Virus record (IMG/VR): IMGVR_UViG_3300045988_070061
Location: 1-58,686 of that record
Origin: a virus
Strand: one strand, 5' to 3'
DNA length: 58,686 nt
How positions within the stretch are numbered: position 1 is the stretch's first letter; every line of letters begins with the position of its first letter. Both the position numbers and the translations under genes were made by a program. The notes below the pieces were generated by a model. The model had not been told where the DNA came from. It ran no database searches and saw only the letters and a list, made by a program, of their open reading frames with translations. Shown here one piece after another: positions 24,797 through 35,193 of this stretch.

Positions 24797-25231
24797 ATGG
24801 CTGACGCAGCAAAGGCACTTAGTACTATTAATACTGTTCTTAAAGCCGGTGATCAAGGCTCTACAGTAGCAAAAATTTGTAAAATAAAATCGTATCCAGA
24901 CCTCGGAGGAACACCGGAAAAAATTTCCGTGACCGATCTTGAAGACACGGACGAAACATCTGTACCGGGAGTAAGATCTGCTGACGACATGCAGTTCAAA
25001 GCGAACTACACAAAGGAAAATTATGCAGCAGTTAAAAAAGTGGCTGGCAAACGGCAGATTTTTCAGCTAGATTTTGGAGCAGACGGAGCAGACGGGCAGT
25101 TTTCATGGTCCGGTGTTTTATCAGTGACAGTTAATGGTGCAGAAGCAAATGCAGCGAGAGAAATGACTATGACTATAGTACGTGATTCAGAAATCAAAGA
25201 CAGTGATGCAGCGACAGCGTTCCCTGGTTAA
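24797..25231 (+). CDS. Major tail protein
   Basis: 144 aa, located before the chaperone pair and tape measure. Confidence 0.65.
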   Translation: MADAAKALSTINTVLKAGDQGSTVAKICKIKSYPDLGGTPEKISVTDLEDTDETSVPGVRSADDMQFKANYTKENYAAVKKVAGKRQIFQLDFGADGADGQFSWSGVLSVTVNGAEANAAREMTMTIVRDSEIKDSDAATAFPG

Positions 25232-25239
25232 AAAATAAA

Positions 25240-25294
25240 ACATCCTCCCGAATATTATGGTATAATAAATCTATACTTTAAGAAGGGAGGATGT
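25240..25294 (+). promoter_or_regulatory. 10-bp hairpin whose 3' arm contains the RBS of the TM2 gene, with an extended -10 promoter in its loop
   Basis: ACATCCTCCC (25240-25249) pairs with GGGAGGATGT (25285-25294). TGGTATAAT lies at 25258-25266. Confidence 0.5.
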
Positions 25295-25298
25295 TGAA

Positions 25299-25607
25299 AT
25301 GTCAACACAGGTTACAAACGCAAGTCCTAAAAAAAAATCAACTTGTATTAAATTAAGTATCATTCCATTTATTGCAGCGATTTTAGGAATAATCGCTGGA
25401 AATCTTAACAATGACACATTAATACTCATATACGGAGTATTGTCATTGTGTTCAGGAGCGTGTAATTTTTACGTAGGGAAGTTTAAAAAAGGAATTATTT
25501 TTTCTTTGACATGTGGAGGCTTTTTGATTGGTGCAATAATTGATATATTCCACTTAAAGATAACTGGCACATTCAAAGATTCAAATGGGTATCCAGTAAT
25601 TTATTAA
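25299..25607 (+). CDS. TM2-domain membrane protein (moron)
   Basis: 102 aa with an ...FYVGKFKKGIIFSLTCGGFLIGAIIDIF... TM2-like pattern. An A9 run lies at 25329-25337 in codons 11-13. Confidence 0.55.
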   Translation: MSTQVTNASPKKKSTCIKLSIIPFIAAILGIIAGNLNNDTLILIYGVLSLCSGACNFYVGKFKKGIIFSLTCGGFLIGAIIDIFHLKITGTFKDSNGYPVIY

Positions 25608-25626
25608 AAAAATCAAAGAAATTTTG

Positions 25627-25656
25627 GAGTCATGCATTTTTGCATGGCTCTTTTTT
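25627..25656 (+). terminator. Rho-independent terminator closing the TM2 cassette
   Basis: 10-bp stem GAGTCATGCA/TGCATGGCTC, loop TTTT, T6. Confidence 0.65.
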
Positions 25657-25672
25657 GTAGGAGGATTTAAAA

Positions 25673-26011
25673 ATGGTAAAAGTAAAAATCAATGGTAAGA
25701 CATACAACGTTAAGGAAATGACGTTCAAAGAATATACGAAAATGGAAGAGCAAGGTTTTTCTATCATCGAAGCCTTTAGAAAAAAACAGCTGACGCTTAT
25801 CGCTATGGGTTTTGTGTGCGCTGTAGTTGACTGCGATCGTGATGAAGCGGAAAATCTTGTGACGCAGCATATCCTCGGCGGTGGAAACATCATTGATATT
25901 ACAGATGCATTCGGAAAGGCAATTTCTGAATCGGATTTTTTCCAGAAGATGCTGGGAGTAGCTCAGGAGAAGAAAACAAAAGTAGAAAAAGAAACTTCGC
26001 CGGAAGAGTAA
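25673..26011 (+). CDS. Tail assembly chaperone (gpG-like)
   Basis: 112 aa, immediately upstream of the tape measure. Confidence 0.65.
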   Translation: MVKVKINGKTYNVKEMTFKEYTKMEEQGFSIIEAFRKKQLTLIAMGFVCAVVDCDRDEAENLVTQHILGGGNIIDITDAFGKAISESDFFQKMLGVAQEKKTKVEKETSPEE

Positions 26012-26391
26012 TTATTCCTATCAGTTTTACACAATTTACGCATGATTACTGGTTGCCAATAGCGGCAAGATGCGGAATAAGTTATAGAGAGTTTTGGGAT
26101 ATGACACCCAAAACTCTTTTAATTTATAAACACCAAAAAGAGTTGGAAGAGGCACGGGAAACCGAGTTGACAGATGTATCTGCATGGATGACTGGTGCTT
26201 ATATTTCAAAAGCAATTAGCTGCTTCCTTAGTAATGATGAAACATATCCAGAAAAGAATGTGTTTTTTAATGCTGACCAATTCGAACTTACAGATGATGA
26301 TATCGAAGAAATCATTTCGGAAAACACGCAAATTGCGGCAGCAAATTTTTCAGAATGGGCAAAGGTGGCAAATGAATCCAAAGGTAGGTGA
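25673..26391 (+). CDS. Tail assembly chaperone frameshift fusion (gpGT-like, about 239 aa)
   Basis: A -1 slip at 25936-25942 joins residues 1-90 to the 25942-26391 frame (ORF-track entry 26053-26391). Confidence 0.5.
25936..25942 (+). promoter_or_regulatory. -1 programmed frameshift slippery heptamer T TTT TTC
   Basis: In the zero frame as gaT TTT TTC. The -1 frame is open from 25930 to 26391. Confidence 0.6.
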
Positions 26392-26399
26392 GAGCAATA

Positions 26400-29300
26400 A
26401 TGCCAGATGAAATTGACAGACTTGAGATAGCCATTGAAACAGAATCAAATCGAGCAAACAGATCACTTTCAGGAATGGAAAGAAGATTAAATCGAATCGC
26501 AGATAGTCTTGAAAAAGTTGTTGCTCTTGCATCCGGCATCGGAGAAATTGGAGAGTTTGATTTAAGTGGGTTTGATAAATTCACAAGTGCTATTGACAAT
26601 GCAATTAAAAAGAAGAACGACTTAGACAAAAAAGAAATCAAAGTTCGGACGAATCGTTCAGACTTGAAATACACAGAGAAATCATTGGATTCTATCTATA
26701 AAAAATACAGCAATGCGGGATTGAATCTTGATGTTTCCGGTATGGATGTATCGGAGCTTGAAAAAGGATTGAAAAACTCAGAAGCTACTGCAGCGAGATT
26801 GAAGGATAGATTAAACAAAAAAATTGCAATTGAAGGGACTGATCACCTAGGGAAGACCTTTGAAAGCATAATTTACGATATCCAGAAAGCTACCAATGAA
26901 GCGAATGTATATAAAAAAGCAATTGATGGGTTATCAGTAGAGCAGCCATCGTTTACGATTGAAAGAGATGGGAATGTTGTCAGCGAATTAAATCAAGAAA
27001 AACTTAGTATGGAATCTCTCGGTGAAAATGCAGAGAAAGTTTCCGATTCTATTGAAGATGTTTCTAATGAAATATCTAACATAGATAAAGGTGGGAATAT
27101 ATCAAAAATTTCTAGTAAATTTGATTATTTGAAAAATAAAGTTGGCGAAATAAAGAGCGGTCTTACAAAGGGCGGATTCGGAAATTATACAAAAAATTTC
27201 ATGGAAATGTTAAAGTTGCCAGAAACGGGAACTTCAACTCAAGGGGGAAAATTCAATAATATTCCACCTATGAAAGAAAATGGAGATTACGACACAGAAG
27301 CCATTCAAGAATACGTTGACTCTTTTGGAAAGGCAAATGCTGCGGCAAATAATTTTTCAGATCAAATAAAAGCCTTAAAAAAGGAACTTGAAGGTTTAAA
27401 AGGGCAAGGACTTGGTGAGGGTGACGAAGAATATGATGCAGTAGCGCAGAAACTTGCTGTAGTAACAGAACGGCGGAAAGAATACAACCGTTCAATGAAA
27501 GAAAAAGCAAAAAGCATTATAGCAAAAGAAGAAATCTCGAAGTTGCAGATAGCTGGAACTGCGTTAAAAGCACTTATTAAAAATGCCGGGAAATTGGGAT
27601 TGTCATTTGCAAAATTGTCGATCAGTGGGCTTTCGAAACTTCCGCAGATTGCTAAAGCGTCTGCAAATGCTTTTAAAGTATTAGGATCTGTGATTTCTAA
27701 GGCAAAGGACAAGCTCGGATTATTGCAGAAAGATTCCAATAAAGGAATGTCGTGGAAGAAAATGATTGGCTCTTCCATTTTATTTTCCACTGTTTTTGGA
27801 GCAATCAGCCAGATAAAAGAAGCGATTAAAGCCGGTTCTGATAATCTGGTTCAATATAGCTCTGCATACAACAAGAGCATATCAGGCATGGTTACTTCTT
27901 TATTATATCTAAAAAATGCGTGGGCCGCTGCTTTCGCACCAATTGTCAATGTAGTTGCACCGTATATATCGAAATTTCTTGATATGCTTGCCGGGGCATT
28001 AAATGCAGTTGGACAGTTCATGGGCTCATTGACTGGAAAGTCAAAAGTCGTACAAGCTAAAAAAGCATGGTTTGATTATGGGAAAAGCTTAGAATCAACA
28101 GGGAATAGTGCTTCAAAAACAGGAGATAAACTTAAAAAAGCAAAAAAAGATGCTAAGGATTTAACCAATTATACTCTTGGAATAGATGAATTACACGTTA
28201 TCCAACCAAGTAGTGATTCTGCAAATCAAGATTCTGGATCGGAAAAGTATACAGGCCCGTCCCCATCAGAAATGTTCGAAACATCATCTATTGATAAAAA
28301 TGTGTCTGATTTTGCAAAGAAAGTAAAGGATGCATGGAAAAAGGCTGACTTTACAGAAATCGGATCAATTCTCGGGACAAAATTAAAAAACTCTTTGGAT
28401 GGAATTGATTGGAACCCCATACAAGAAACTGCAGAAAAAATCGGAAAATCTTTTGGAACATTCATAAACGGATTCGTTGAAGTTGATGGACTTGGGGAGT
28501 CGATTGGAAATACTATCGGCGAAGCTTTCAATACCGGACTGGATTTGGCAAATTCGTTTTTAGATAACACAAAATGGGATGAAGTCGGAAAATTTATTGG
28601 TGATGGCGCAAATGGTGCCGTGAACACAGTTAACTGGACTGGAATAGGACATTTTATAGCACAAAAATGGAACGCTATTTTCGCAACAATAGGCGAAGCA
28701 GCCAGGACTTTTGATTGGAGTAATTTTGGCAAGAGCTTATCAGATAGTCTGAATCAATTTATTAGTGATTTCAATTGGTCTGAAAATGGAGCTAGGCTTG
28801 GAGACCTCGTAAAAGGAGTACTTGATACATTAATACAATTTCTTGAAAACACTAATTGGCAAGAACTTGGAAATGGAATTGCCGATTTTATTGGCTCTAT
28901 TGATTGGTCTGGAATTTTAACGAGATTGGCCGAAGGAATTGGTGCAGCACTTGGAGGACTCGCAGCGTTGTTGTGGGGTCTGATAGAAGATGCATGGAAA
29001 ACGGCTGTCAATTGGTGGAAAGATACTGCCTTTGAAGATGGTCATTTCACTATAGAAGGACTCTTTAAAGGAATTGCCGATGCATTAAGCAATGTAGGTG
29101 CATGGATAATAAATCATATATTCACACCATTTATTACAGGTTTCAAAGAAGCGTTTGGTATTCATTCCCCGTCAACTATCATGGCTGAACAGGGTGGCTA
29201 TATTATGGCCGGACTATATAATGGAGTTGTTTCTAATCTCGCAAAAGTACTTAAATTCTTTGGAGAATTAAAAGACCAGATTGTTGACAAATTCTCCGAC

Positions 29301-30836
29301 GTAGGGGAATGGTTTGGTGATAAATTTGGGGCAGCAAGAAAAGCCGTAACTGATAAATTCTCTGACATTGGCACATGGTTTGGCAGAAGAAAAGCTGACA
29401 TTCAGAATGCGCAGTCAAGCGTGTCAACCTGGTTCAGCACTAAATATCAGAGCGCAAGAGGATATGTGAACTCAGCATTTTCTAATGTTGGCAAATGGTT
29501 CGGTGGACGTAAATCTGATATTCAGAACAACATGAAATCTGTATCTGGATGGTTCAAGAGTACATTCCAGACTGCTTACAAAGGCGTAACAGATTCATTC
29601 GGAAAGATTGGAGATTTCTTCAAGGGTATTGGAAAGAAAATCAAAAAACCTATCATCGGGGCAATGAAAGCTATCCTCAATGGTGTCAACTGGGTATATG
29701 AAAAACTCGGTGGTGGAAAGAATCATTTCGATGTATCCAAACTGGACAAATACGCTAGCGGTACAAATGGTGTATCACATGATACTGTCGGTATCGTGAA
29801 CGATCAAGCCGGTAGCACCTATCGTGAAATGGTACAATTCCCGAACGGAAAGACAATCATTCCAAAGGGACGTAATGTCATGTTACCAATGCCAAAAGGT
29901 ACGAAAGTTCTTCCGGCAGACCAGACCGCTTCATTAATGAATATGCCACATTTCAAAAAAGGAATCGGAGATTTCTTTGGTGGCGCATGGGCGAAATTCA
30001 AAGACTTCACAGGAAATATTGCTGATTATATCAGTAATCCTAAGAAGTTGGTGCAAATGGCAATTGATAAGTTCACGGACTTTTCAAGCTATCTGGAACC
30101 GGGATTGTCAATGGCAAAAAATGCGGTTAGAGGTACTGTAGGAATTGCTACGAAGTTCATAAAAGACAAGCTGAAAGGCTTTGGTGGAAGTGGTGTTAAT
30201 TACAAACCATCTGCCGGTGTGGAGCAGTGGCGTGCTACTGCAAAGAAAGCACTGGAATTGACAAACCAGTTTACAGAAGCGAATTTGAATCGCTTGCTTA
30301 TGCAGATGAAGTCAGAATCCGGCGGTAATCCGAATGCAATTAACAACTGGGACATTAATGCAAAGATGGGTATTCCGTCCAAAGGCTTAATGCAAGTTAT
30401 TGACCCTACATTCCGTGCATACGCTATGAAAGGGTTCGACAAAAACATCTATGACCCAATGTCAAATATCTTAGCAGCCATCAGATATACGCTGGCTCGA
30501 TATGGCAGTCTCGAAAGAGGATGGAAAGGTCATGGATATGCAAACGGCGGTTTCCCGAAAGTCGGAGAAATGTTCTATGCAAGAGAGAGCGGCCCTGAAC
30601 TTGTTGGAAAGATTGGAAACCGTTCAGCAGTAGTTAATAATCAGCAGATTGTTGATTCGGTAAGTAACGGAGTTTCAAGAGCGAATGATGAAACCAATTC
30701 ACTCTTAAGAACAATCATTGAATACCAGGAGTTACTTCTTAAGAAAGAAACAAGCGTAAATATGGATGGAAAAAGAATGGATAAGCAGATATCAAAAGCG
30801 CGTAGGAATACGGGCTTTTCTTTTTCGCCAACGTAG
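26400..30836 (+). CDS. Tape measure protein with a C-terminal lytic transglycosylase (SLT) domain
   Basis: About 1478 aa, helical and repeat-rich. MKSESGGNPNAINNWDINAKMGIPSKGLMQV matches the SLT catalytic region. Confidence 0.8.
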   Translation: MPDEIDRLEIAIETESNRANRSLSGMERRLNRIADSLEKVVALASGIGEIGEFDLSGFDKFTSAIDNAIKKKNDLDKKEIKVRTNRSDLKYTEKSLDSIYKKYSNAGLNLDVSGMDVSELEKGLKNSEATAARLKDRLNKKIAIEGTDHLGKTFESIIYDIQKATNEANVYKKAIDGLSVEQPSFTIERDGNVVSELNQEKLSMESLGENAEKVSDSIEDVSNEISNIDKGGNISKISSKFDYLKNKVGEIKSGLTKGGFGNYTKNFMEMLKLPETGTSTQGGKFNNIPPMKENGDYDTEAIQEYVDSFGKANAAANNFSDQIKALKKELEGLKGQGLGEGDEEYDAVAQKLAVVTERRKEYNRSMKEKAKSIIAKEEISKLQIAGTALKALIKNAGKLGLSFAKLSISGLSKLPQIAKASANAFKVLGSVISKAKDKLGLLQKDSNKGMSWKKMIGSSILFSTVFGAISQIKEAIKAGSDNLVQYSSAYNKSISGMVTSLLYLKNAWAAAFAPIVNVVAPYISKFLDMLAGALNAVGQFMGSLTGKSKVVQAKKAWFDYGKSLESTGNSASKTGDKLKKAKKDAKDLTNYTLGIDELHVIQPSSDSANQDSGSEKYTGPSPSEMFETSSIDKNVSDFAKKVKDAWKKADFTEIGSILGTKLKNSLDGIDWNPIQETAEKIGKSFGTFINGFVEVDGLGESIGNTIGEAFNTGLDLANSFLDNTKWDEVGKFIGDGANGAVNTVNWTGIGHFIAQKWNAIFATIGEAARTFDWSNFGKSLSDSLNQFISDFNWSENGARLGDLVKGVLDTLIQFLENTNWQELGNGIADFIGSIDWSGILTRLAEGIGAALGGLAALLWGLIEDAWKTAVNWWKDTAFEDGHFTIEGLFKGIADALSNVGAWIINHIFTPFITGFKEAFGIHSPSTIMAEQGGYIMAGLYNGVVSNLAKVLKFFGELKDQIVDKFSDVGEWFGDKFGAARKAVTDKFSDIGTWFGRRKADIQNAQSSVSTWFSTKYQSARGYVNSAFSNVGKWFGGRKSDIQNNMKSVSGWFKSTFQTAYKGVTDSFGKIGDFFKGIGKKIKKPIIGAMKAILNGVNWVYEKLGGGKNHFDVSKLDKYASGTNGVSHDTVGIVNDQAGSTYREMVQFPNGKTIIPKGRNVMLPMPKGTKVLPADQTASLMNMPHFKKGIGDFFGGAWAKFKDFTGNIADYISNPKKLVQMAIDKFTDFSSYLEPGLSMAKNAVRGTVGIATKFIKDKLKGFGGSGVNYKPSAGVEQWRATAKKALELTNQFTEANLNRLLMQMKSESGGNPNAINNWDINAKMGIPSKGLMQVIDPTFRAYAMKGFDKNIYDPMSNILAAIRYTLARYGSLERGWKGHGYANGGFPKVGEMFYARESGPELVGKIGNRSAVVNNQQIVDSVSNGVSRANDETNSLLRTIIEYQELLLKKETSVNMDGKRMDKQISKARRNTGFSFSPT

Positions 30837-30848
30837 GAGGTGTAGGAA

Positions 30849-31238
30849 ATGGCAGCAAGGCATATATCCAATTTCATAATGGTAAATGGCAAGCCGTTTC
30901 CGGCACCGAAACGCTACCCAAATATGGTAGTGACAACGGCGGTAAATGCTGCCAGAAATGCCAATAACAAAATCGTCGGTCAGAAAATCGGTAGAGACAA
31001 TTATAAGATTGACAACTTGGAATGGCCATATCTGGATGCGGAAACATGGTCAAGTATGCTAAAAGAATTCAAAAAATATTTTGTGACTGTAAGATTTTGG
31101 GATATGGTCGAAAATAACTGGATTACCTTAACCATGTATCCGGGAGATAGAACAGCAGACGTATTCAAATATGACAAAACTGGAAGACCAGTGGCGTACA
31201 TAAATTGCAAAGTCAACATTATTGATACGGGGTGGTAG
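30849..31238 (+). CDS. Distal-tail-like protein (DUF6711-like)
   Basis: 129 aa directly after the tape measure. The MVNGKPFPAPKRY...LEWPYLDAETWS pattern recalls DUF6711. Confidence 0.4.
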   Translation: MAARHISNFIMVNGKPFPAPKRYPNMVVTTAVNAARNANNKIVGQKIGRDNYKIDNLEWPYLDAETWSSMLKEFKKYFVTVRFWDMVENNWITLTMYPGDRTADVFKYDKTGRPVAYINCKVNIIDTGW

Positions 31239-31241
31239 TTA

Positions 31242-33491
31242 ATGTATCAGACATCACAAGAATATAAAGAATCCATGAAACGACCAGTCCGCAATCAGTC
31301 CTACATGAAAATTCAGCTTGGATTGATTAACCAAGAGGCTCAGCAGACAGCGGGACTTTCTGACACCAATAAATATAATGACTTCTCAGATGCAGAATCC
31401 ATATTCAATCAACACACTGTAAGACGGTACGCAACTTATGAGAGCAATTTCTGGAAAGCAAATGGCATTAGCTTTTTCTTGCCAGAGAAGAAATCAGATT
31501 ATCGAAAAGACGGGATTACTTCAACGAATTTGTTTGAAGAAAGTTTTCATGTGAAGTTTGTATTCGGTTGCGGAAAATCCGACATCAAAGGACTGACTAT
31601 TAAATTTGGTAGAAATTATCCTACAAAATTTACGATCGTTACTGATAATGCTACGTCTTTTGAATATGAGAATACAGAAGAGCTTTTTAAGTCCGATGAT
31701 GTGTTTGAGAATACGGAATCAATTGAATTAGTTATTACGGAAATGAATGTACCGAATGCGAGGGTGCGAATTGATTACATTATATTTGGACTCGGCTTGG
31801 AATATGACGATGAATGGATATCAGAAGCAAGTAGCAATACAACTCTATCAGCAATCAACGAAGATTTGCCGGAATCCGAATTTAAGGTAACGCTGTGCAA
31901 TGACAACCAATTATTTAACGTAGACAATCCATCATCTGATATTAATTTCTTAGAAAGTGGTCAAAAAGTTAATGTCATGATGGGATATATGCTGGACGAT
32001 GGGAATATTGAATGGATAAAAATGCATTCGCTGTATGTATCAGAATGGAGTGCTGATGATTCATCCGCTACCATTACAGCTGTAGACATCTTGAAATATT
32101 TGGATGAAAAATATTATAAAGGTATCTACTATGAGGATGGAATATCCCTGTACGATTTGGCCGTATTAGTTCTCACAGATGCCGGATTAAACGAAGACGA
32201 ATATTATATTGATTCATACATGAAAAAGGTATATGTTCATAACCCACTGCCAAATGTGACACACAAAGAAGCATTGCAGATTATAGCAAATGCCGGTCGC
32301 TGCATTATGGATTATGACAGAAATGGAAAGATAAGGATTCGTGTAGCATTCAAGCCAACATACGATACGACATCAAACGGAGAAACTTATTTTTCAAATG
32401 CACCAACAATTGACAACTTAACTGAGAAAAATCAGTATGCAACGTGCGAACAGAACTTCTGGAAAGCGGACGGGGAAAAACTATTCGTACCAACCGATCA
32501 TCATCAAGACACCGGATATATAAGTGCTTCAATATCAGATGAAAACGGGAGGTTCGATGTAAATCCTATGCTTACAAGGACGCTAGAAGCAAAATACAAA
32601 GCATATGGGATCATGATTAATTTCTCTGGGAATCTTCCAAAGAAAATAGTAATCCGTACATATGCGGATGATGTGTTAAACAATACATTAACTATCACAT
32701 CCGGAATCGAACAGGCTACAGAAATTAACTATGATTTTCCGGAATATGATCGTTTGGAAATTGAATTCCCTGAAACCGAACCAAATAGCAGAATCCATAT
32801 TGATTATTTATCGCTCGGTGCTGAAACAAGTTATTCGTTGGAATATGATGATTTGTATTCTACCCCTGTCGGAACTCAGCTTGAAAAAATCAAGAATGTA
32901 AAGGTTTCACGATCGCTATATTCAAAATCTGCGACAAAGGAAGATTTGACATCTGAGACTATCACTTATTCCGGCGAGAACCAGATATATTATCTGAATG
33001 ACCCGTGTTATGGATATTCCGTAGCTATAAGCAATGCGAAAAGTGGCCAGAGCGCAAAGATAGTATCGTCCGGTACTTATTATGTTGAAGTTGCTTTTTC
33101 TGGTGTAAAAACAGGGGAAAATATAGAGGTGGCCATAACAGGATATAAGTATAATGTGGCTACGTCTTATTACAGTCAACCAGTTCACAACCGTGGAACA
33201 GAAAAAGAGTGGAAGAATCCGCTAATATCTTTTGATGATCACTGCCAAGAGGTCGCTAAGTGGCTTGCTGATTATTTTGCGTCAGGCATTGAATATGAGC
33301 TTGATTACCGCGGTGAACCAGCTATTGATTGTGGTGATGTTATCGGGCAAGAAAACAAATACGACCCCGACTTAAAAACGATAGTAGAACAATCGCAGAT
33401 TACATTCAAATCTGGACTGCTTGGCGGTGGATTAAGAACTAGGAGGAAAGAGTATGTGGCAAGAACCAAAAACCGATTGGTCAGCCGATGA
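31242..33491 (+). CDS. Tail tip / baseplate hub protein (Tal-like)
   Basis: 749-aa ORF in the Tal position. Confidence 0.5.
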   Translation: MYQTSQEYKESMKRPVRNQSYMKIQLGLINQEAQQTAGLSDTNKYNDFSDAESIFNQHTVRRYATYESNFWKANGISFFLPEKKSDYRKDGITSTNLFEESFHVKFVFGCGKSDIKGLTIKFGRNYPTKFTIVTDNATSFEYENTEELFKSDDVFENTESIELVITEMNVPNARVRIDYIIFGLGLEYDDEWISEASSNTTLSAINEDLPESEFKVTLCNDNQLFNVDNPSSDINFLESGQKVNVMMGYMLDDGNIEWIKMHSLYVSEWSADDSSATITAVDILKYLDEKYYKGIYYEDGISLYDLAVLVLTDAGLNEDEYYIDSYMKKVYVHNPLPNVTHKEALQIIANAGRCIMDYDRNGKIRIRVAFKPTYDTTSNGETYFSNAPTIDNLTEKNQYATCEQNFWKADGEKLFVPTDHHQDTGYISASISDENGRFDVNPMLTRTLEAKYKAYGIMINFSGNLPKKIVIRTYADDVLNNTLTITSGIEQATEINYDFPEYDRLEIEFPETEPNSRIHIDYLSLGAETSYSLEYDDLYSTPVGTQLEKIKNVKVSRSLYSKSATKEDLTSETITYSGENQIYYLNDPCYGYSVAISNAKSGQSAKIVSSGTYYVEVAFSGVKTGENIEVAITGYKYNVATSYYSQPVHNRGTEKEWKNPLISFDDHCQEVAKWLADYFASGIEYELDYRGEPAIDCGDVIGQENKYDPDLKTIVEQSQITFKSGLLGGGLRTRRKEYVARTKNRLVSR

Positions 33492-33858
33492 TTACATAAA
33501 TATCGCAGATTATAATCGTATTATCGGGAACATTGCTTATCTGCATGATTTACAGCAAGAGTTATATAAACCTGTTCCATATACGGAATTAGCAGAAAAG
33601 ACGGTAAGTGATTATCCGTATGCATGGGAATTTAATGCCATCGAAAGTTTTTTGAATGCATTAAGCGATAATACATTTCCTTTTGCGAATTATGAACGTG
33701 GGTACTGGATAGACAATGGGCCCACGCCAACGTATGATGATTTGAATCGAATAGAAAGTGCTTGTCTCGCTTTCTATAAAGGATATAACCGGCAGAAACT
33801 TACACAGCAGAAATTACCTATCACTTTTGGGGTAAATCAATCTGCTATAAAATGTTAG
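33454..33858 (+). CDS. Tail fibre-associated protein
   Basis: AGGAGGA RBS. N-terminal WQEPKTDWSADDYINIADYNRIIGNIAYL motif common in Firmicute phage fibre proteins. Confidence 0.45.
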   Translation: MWQEPKTDWSADDYINIADYNRIIGNIAYLHDLQQELYKPVPYTELAEKTVSDYPYAWEFNAIESFLNALSDNTFPFANYERGYWIDNGPTPTYDDLNRIESACLAFYKGYNRQKLTQQKLPITFGVNQSAIKC

Positions 33859-33870
33859 GAGGAAAACAAC

Positions 33871-34473
33871 ATGGCATACACACCATTATCCACTGATTTT
33901 AAAGACCAAATACTTTCTGATGTTAATGCTCAGAGGAAGTATAAACAGACTGTAAATGAAGACGGTACAGTGTCTCTGCGAGATATGACGGCATACGATC
34001 AGGAAGGTAGTACATATTCTGCAAAGGACATTAATGAGGAACGAAAAGCAATAAATGATATCTACGCAAACAAAGTAGTTAGTCTGGATGAGGCAAGTCT
34101 TGTTACAGAACCAGGATTCTTCTGTGATGCACTGGTAATCAATGAAATAAATAAGAGTTTGACAGATAAAATAAATACAGTTAAAAATATAAACAAGAAC
34201 ATAACTAAGATGATAGGCGGATCAAAAGTTGTAACCGCAAAAGCCGGCACATCTGTACAGGTATTTACTAATTCTGAGATAAATAAAGCGCTTGGCGTAA
34301 CTAACTCTTCTAATGCAAACACAGTGGTATTAATGACTAACGGCGATGGTCTTGCTCAAAAAGTGCATGTAGAAGGCAGTACCTACTTAAACAGCGCATG
34401 GCATGCAACGTTTAATCAGAATGCTTCTGCTGGTAGCATTAGAATAAATTATGTAATATTCTATTTTGGATAA
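33871..34473 (+). CDS. Tail fibre / receptor-binding candidate
   Basis: 200-aa ORF, beta-rich C-terminus. Confidence 0.4.
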   Translation: MAYTPLSTDFKDQILSDVNAQRKYKQTVNEDGTVSLRDMTAYDQEGSTYSAKDINEERKAINDIYANKVVSLDEASLVTEPGFFCDALVINEINKSLTDKINTVKNINKNITKMIGGSKVVTAKAGTSVQVFTNSEINKALGVTNSSNANTVVLMTNGDGLAQKVHVEGSTYLNSAWHATFNQNASAGSIRINYVIFYFG

Positions 34474-34512
34474 TTAGTTATAATTCTGCGACACAGACAA
34501 AAAGGAGAAAAT

Positions 34513-35193
34513 ATGAATATATTATTTTTAAATCAATCAGAAACGGTTACAGCAACTGTAAAGAAATTAAGTGTACACCTTATCGAGATAACCGGGACAG
34601 AACCAAATACATCCGGTTTTCACCTACTGAATAATGCTGGTAATGTATTTGGAAAATATGATGGGTTCACAACATTATACCGTGAACTGGAAGATGGATT
34701 TATTCTTTCTGACGATGGAAGTGTATATGTTGAACCGATTGAACCGGAACCAGAGCCAGAACCGGAAATCAGTCTTGATGAAGTGAAAGAAGCTAAGGTC
34801 GCAGAGATGAACGACATACAGCAGAAGCTCATAGCACAGGGAGTTGATGTTACTCTGTCTGATGGCAGTAAAGAACATTTCTCATTGACTGAGCGTGACC
34901 AGACTAGCCTTGTTGGGTTACAGGCACAGGTCGCAATCGGAGCTGAGAATATTCCTTGGCATACTTCCGATGAAGATGAACACTGCAAATTCTACAGCAA
35001 TGCAGATATGGCAAAAATCACTTCGTCTGCACTATCCTATGTGACATGGCACGTGACTTATTTCCGTGACCTCCGCATTTTCATTCGTTCTCTGGAAAGC
35101 AAAGAAGAGGTTGAACAAGTTACCTACGGAATGAATATTCCAGAAGCATATCAGTCTGAGCCACTGAAAGCAATGTTGGCTCAGAAATCATGA
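34513..35193 (+). CDS. DUF4376-domain protein (copy 1)
   Basis: ...HFSLTERDQTSLVGLQAQV...YSNADMAKITSSALSYVTWHVTYFRDL... Paralogous to 38408-39058. Confidence 0.55.
   Translation: MNILFLNQSETVTATVKKLSVHLIEITGTEPNTSGFHLLNNAGNVFGKYDGFTTLYRELEDGFILSDDGSVYVEPIEPEPEPEPEISLDEVKEAKVAEMNDIQQKLIAQGVDVTLSDGSKEHFSLTERDQTSLVGLQAQVAIGAENIPWHTSDEDEHCKFYSNADMAKITSSALSYVTWHVTYFRDLRIFIRSLESKEEVEQVTYGMNIPEAYQSEPLKAMLAQKS

Noticed and set aside
26053-26391. Independent TTG-initiated 112-aa ORF
   Set aside because: There is no RBS. The frame is open 120 nt further upstream and overlaps the gpG-like ORF with a phased slippery heptamer, so it is better explained as the frameshift extension.
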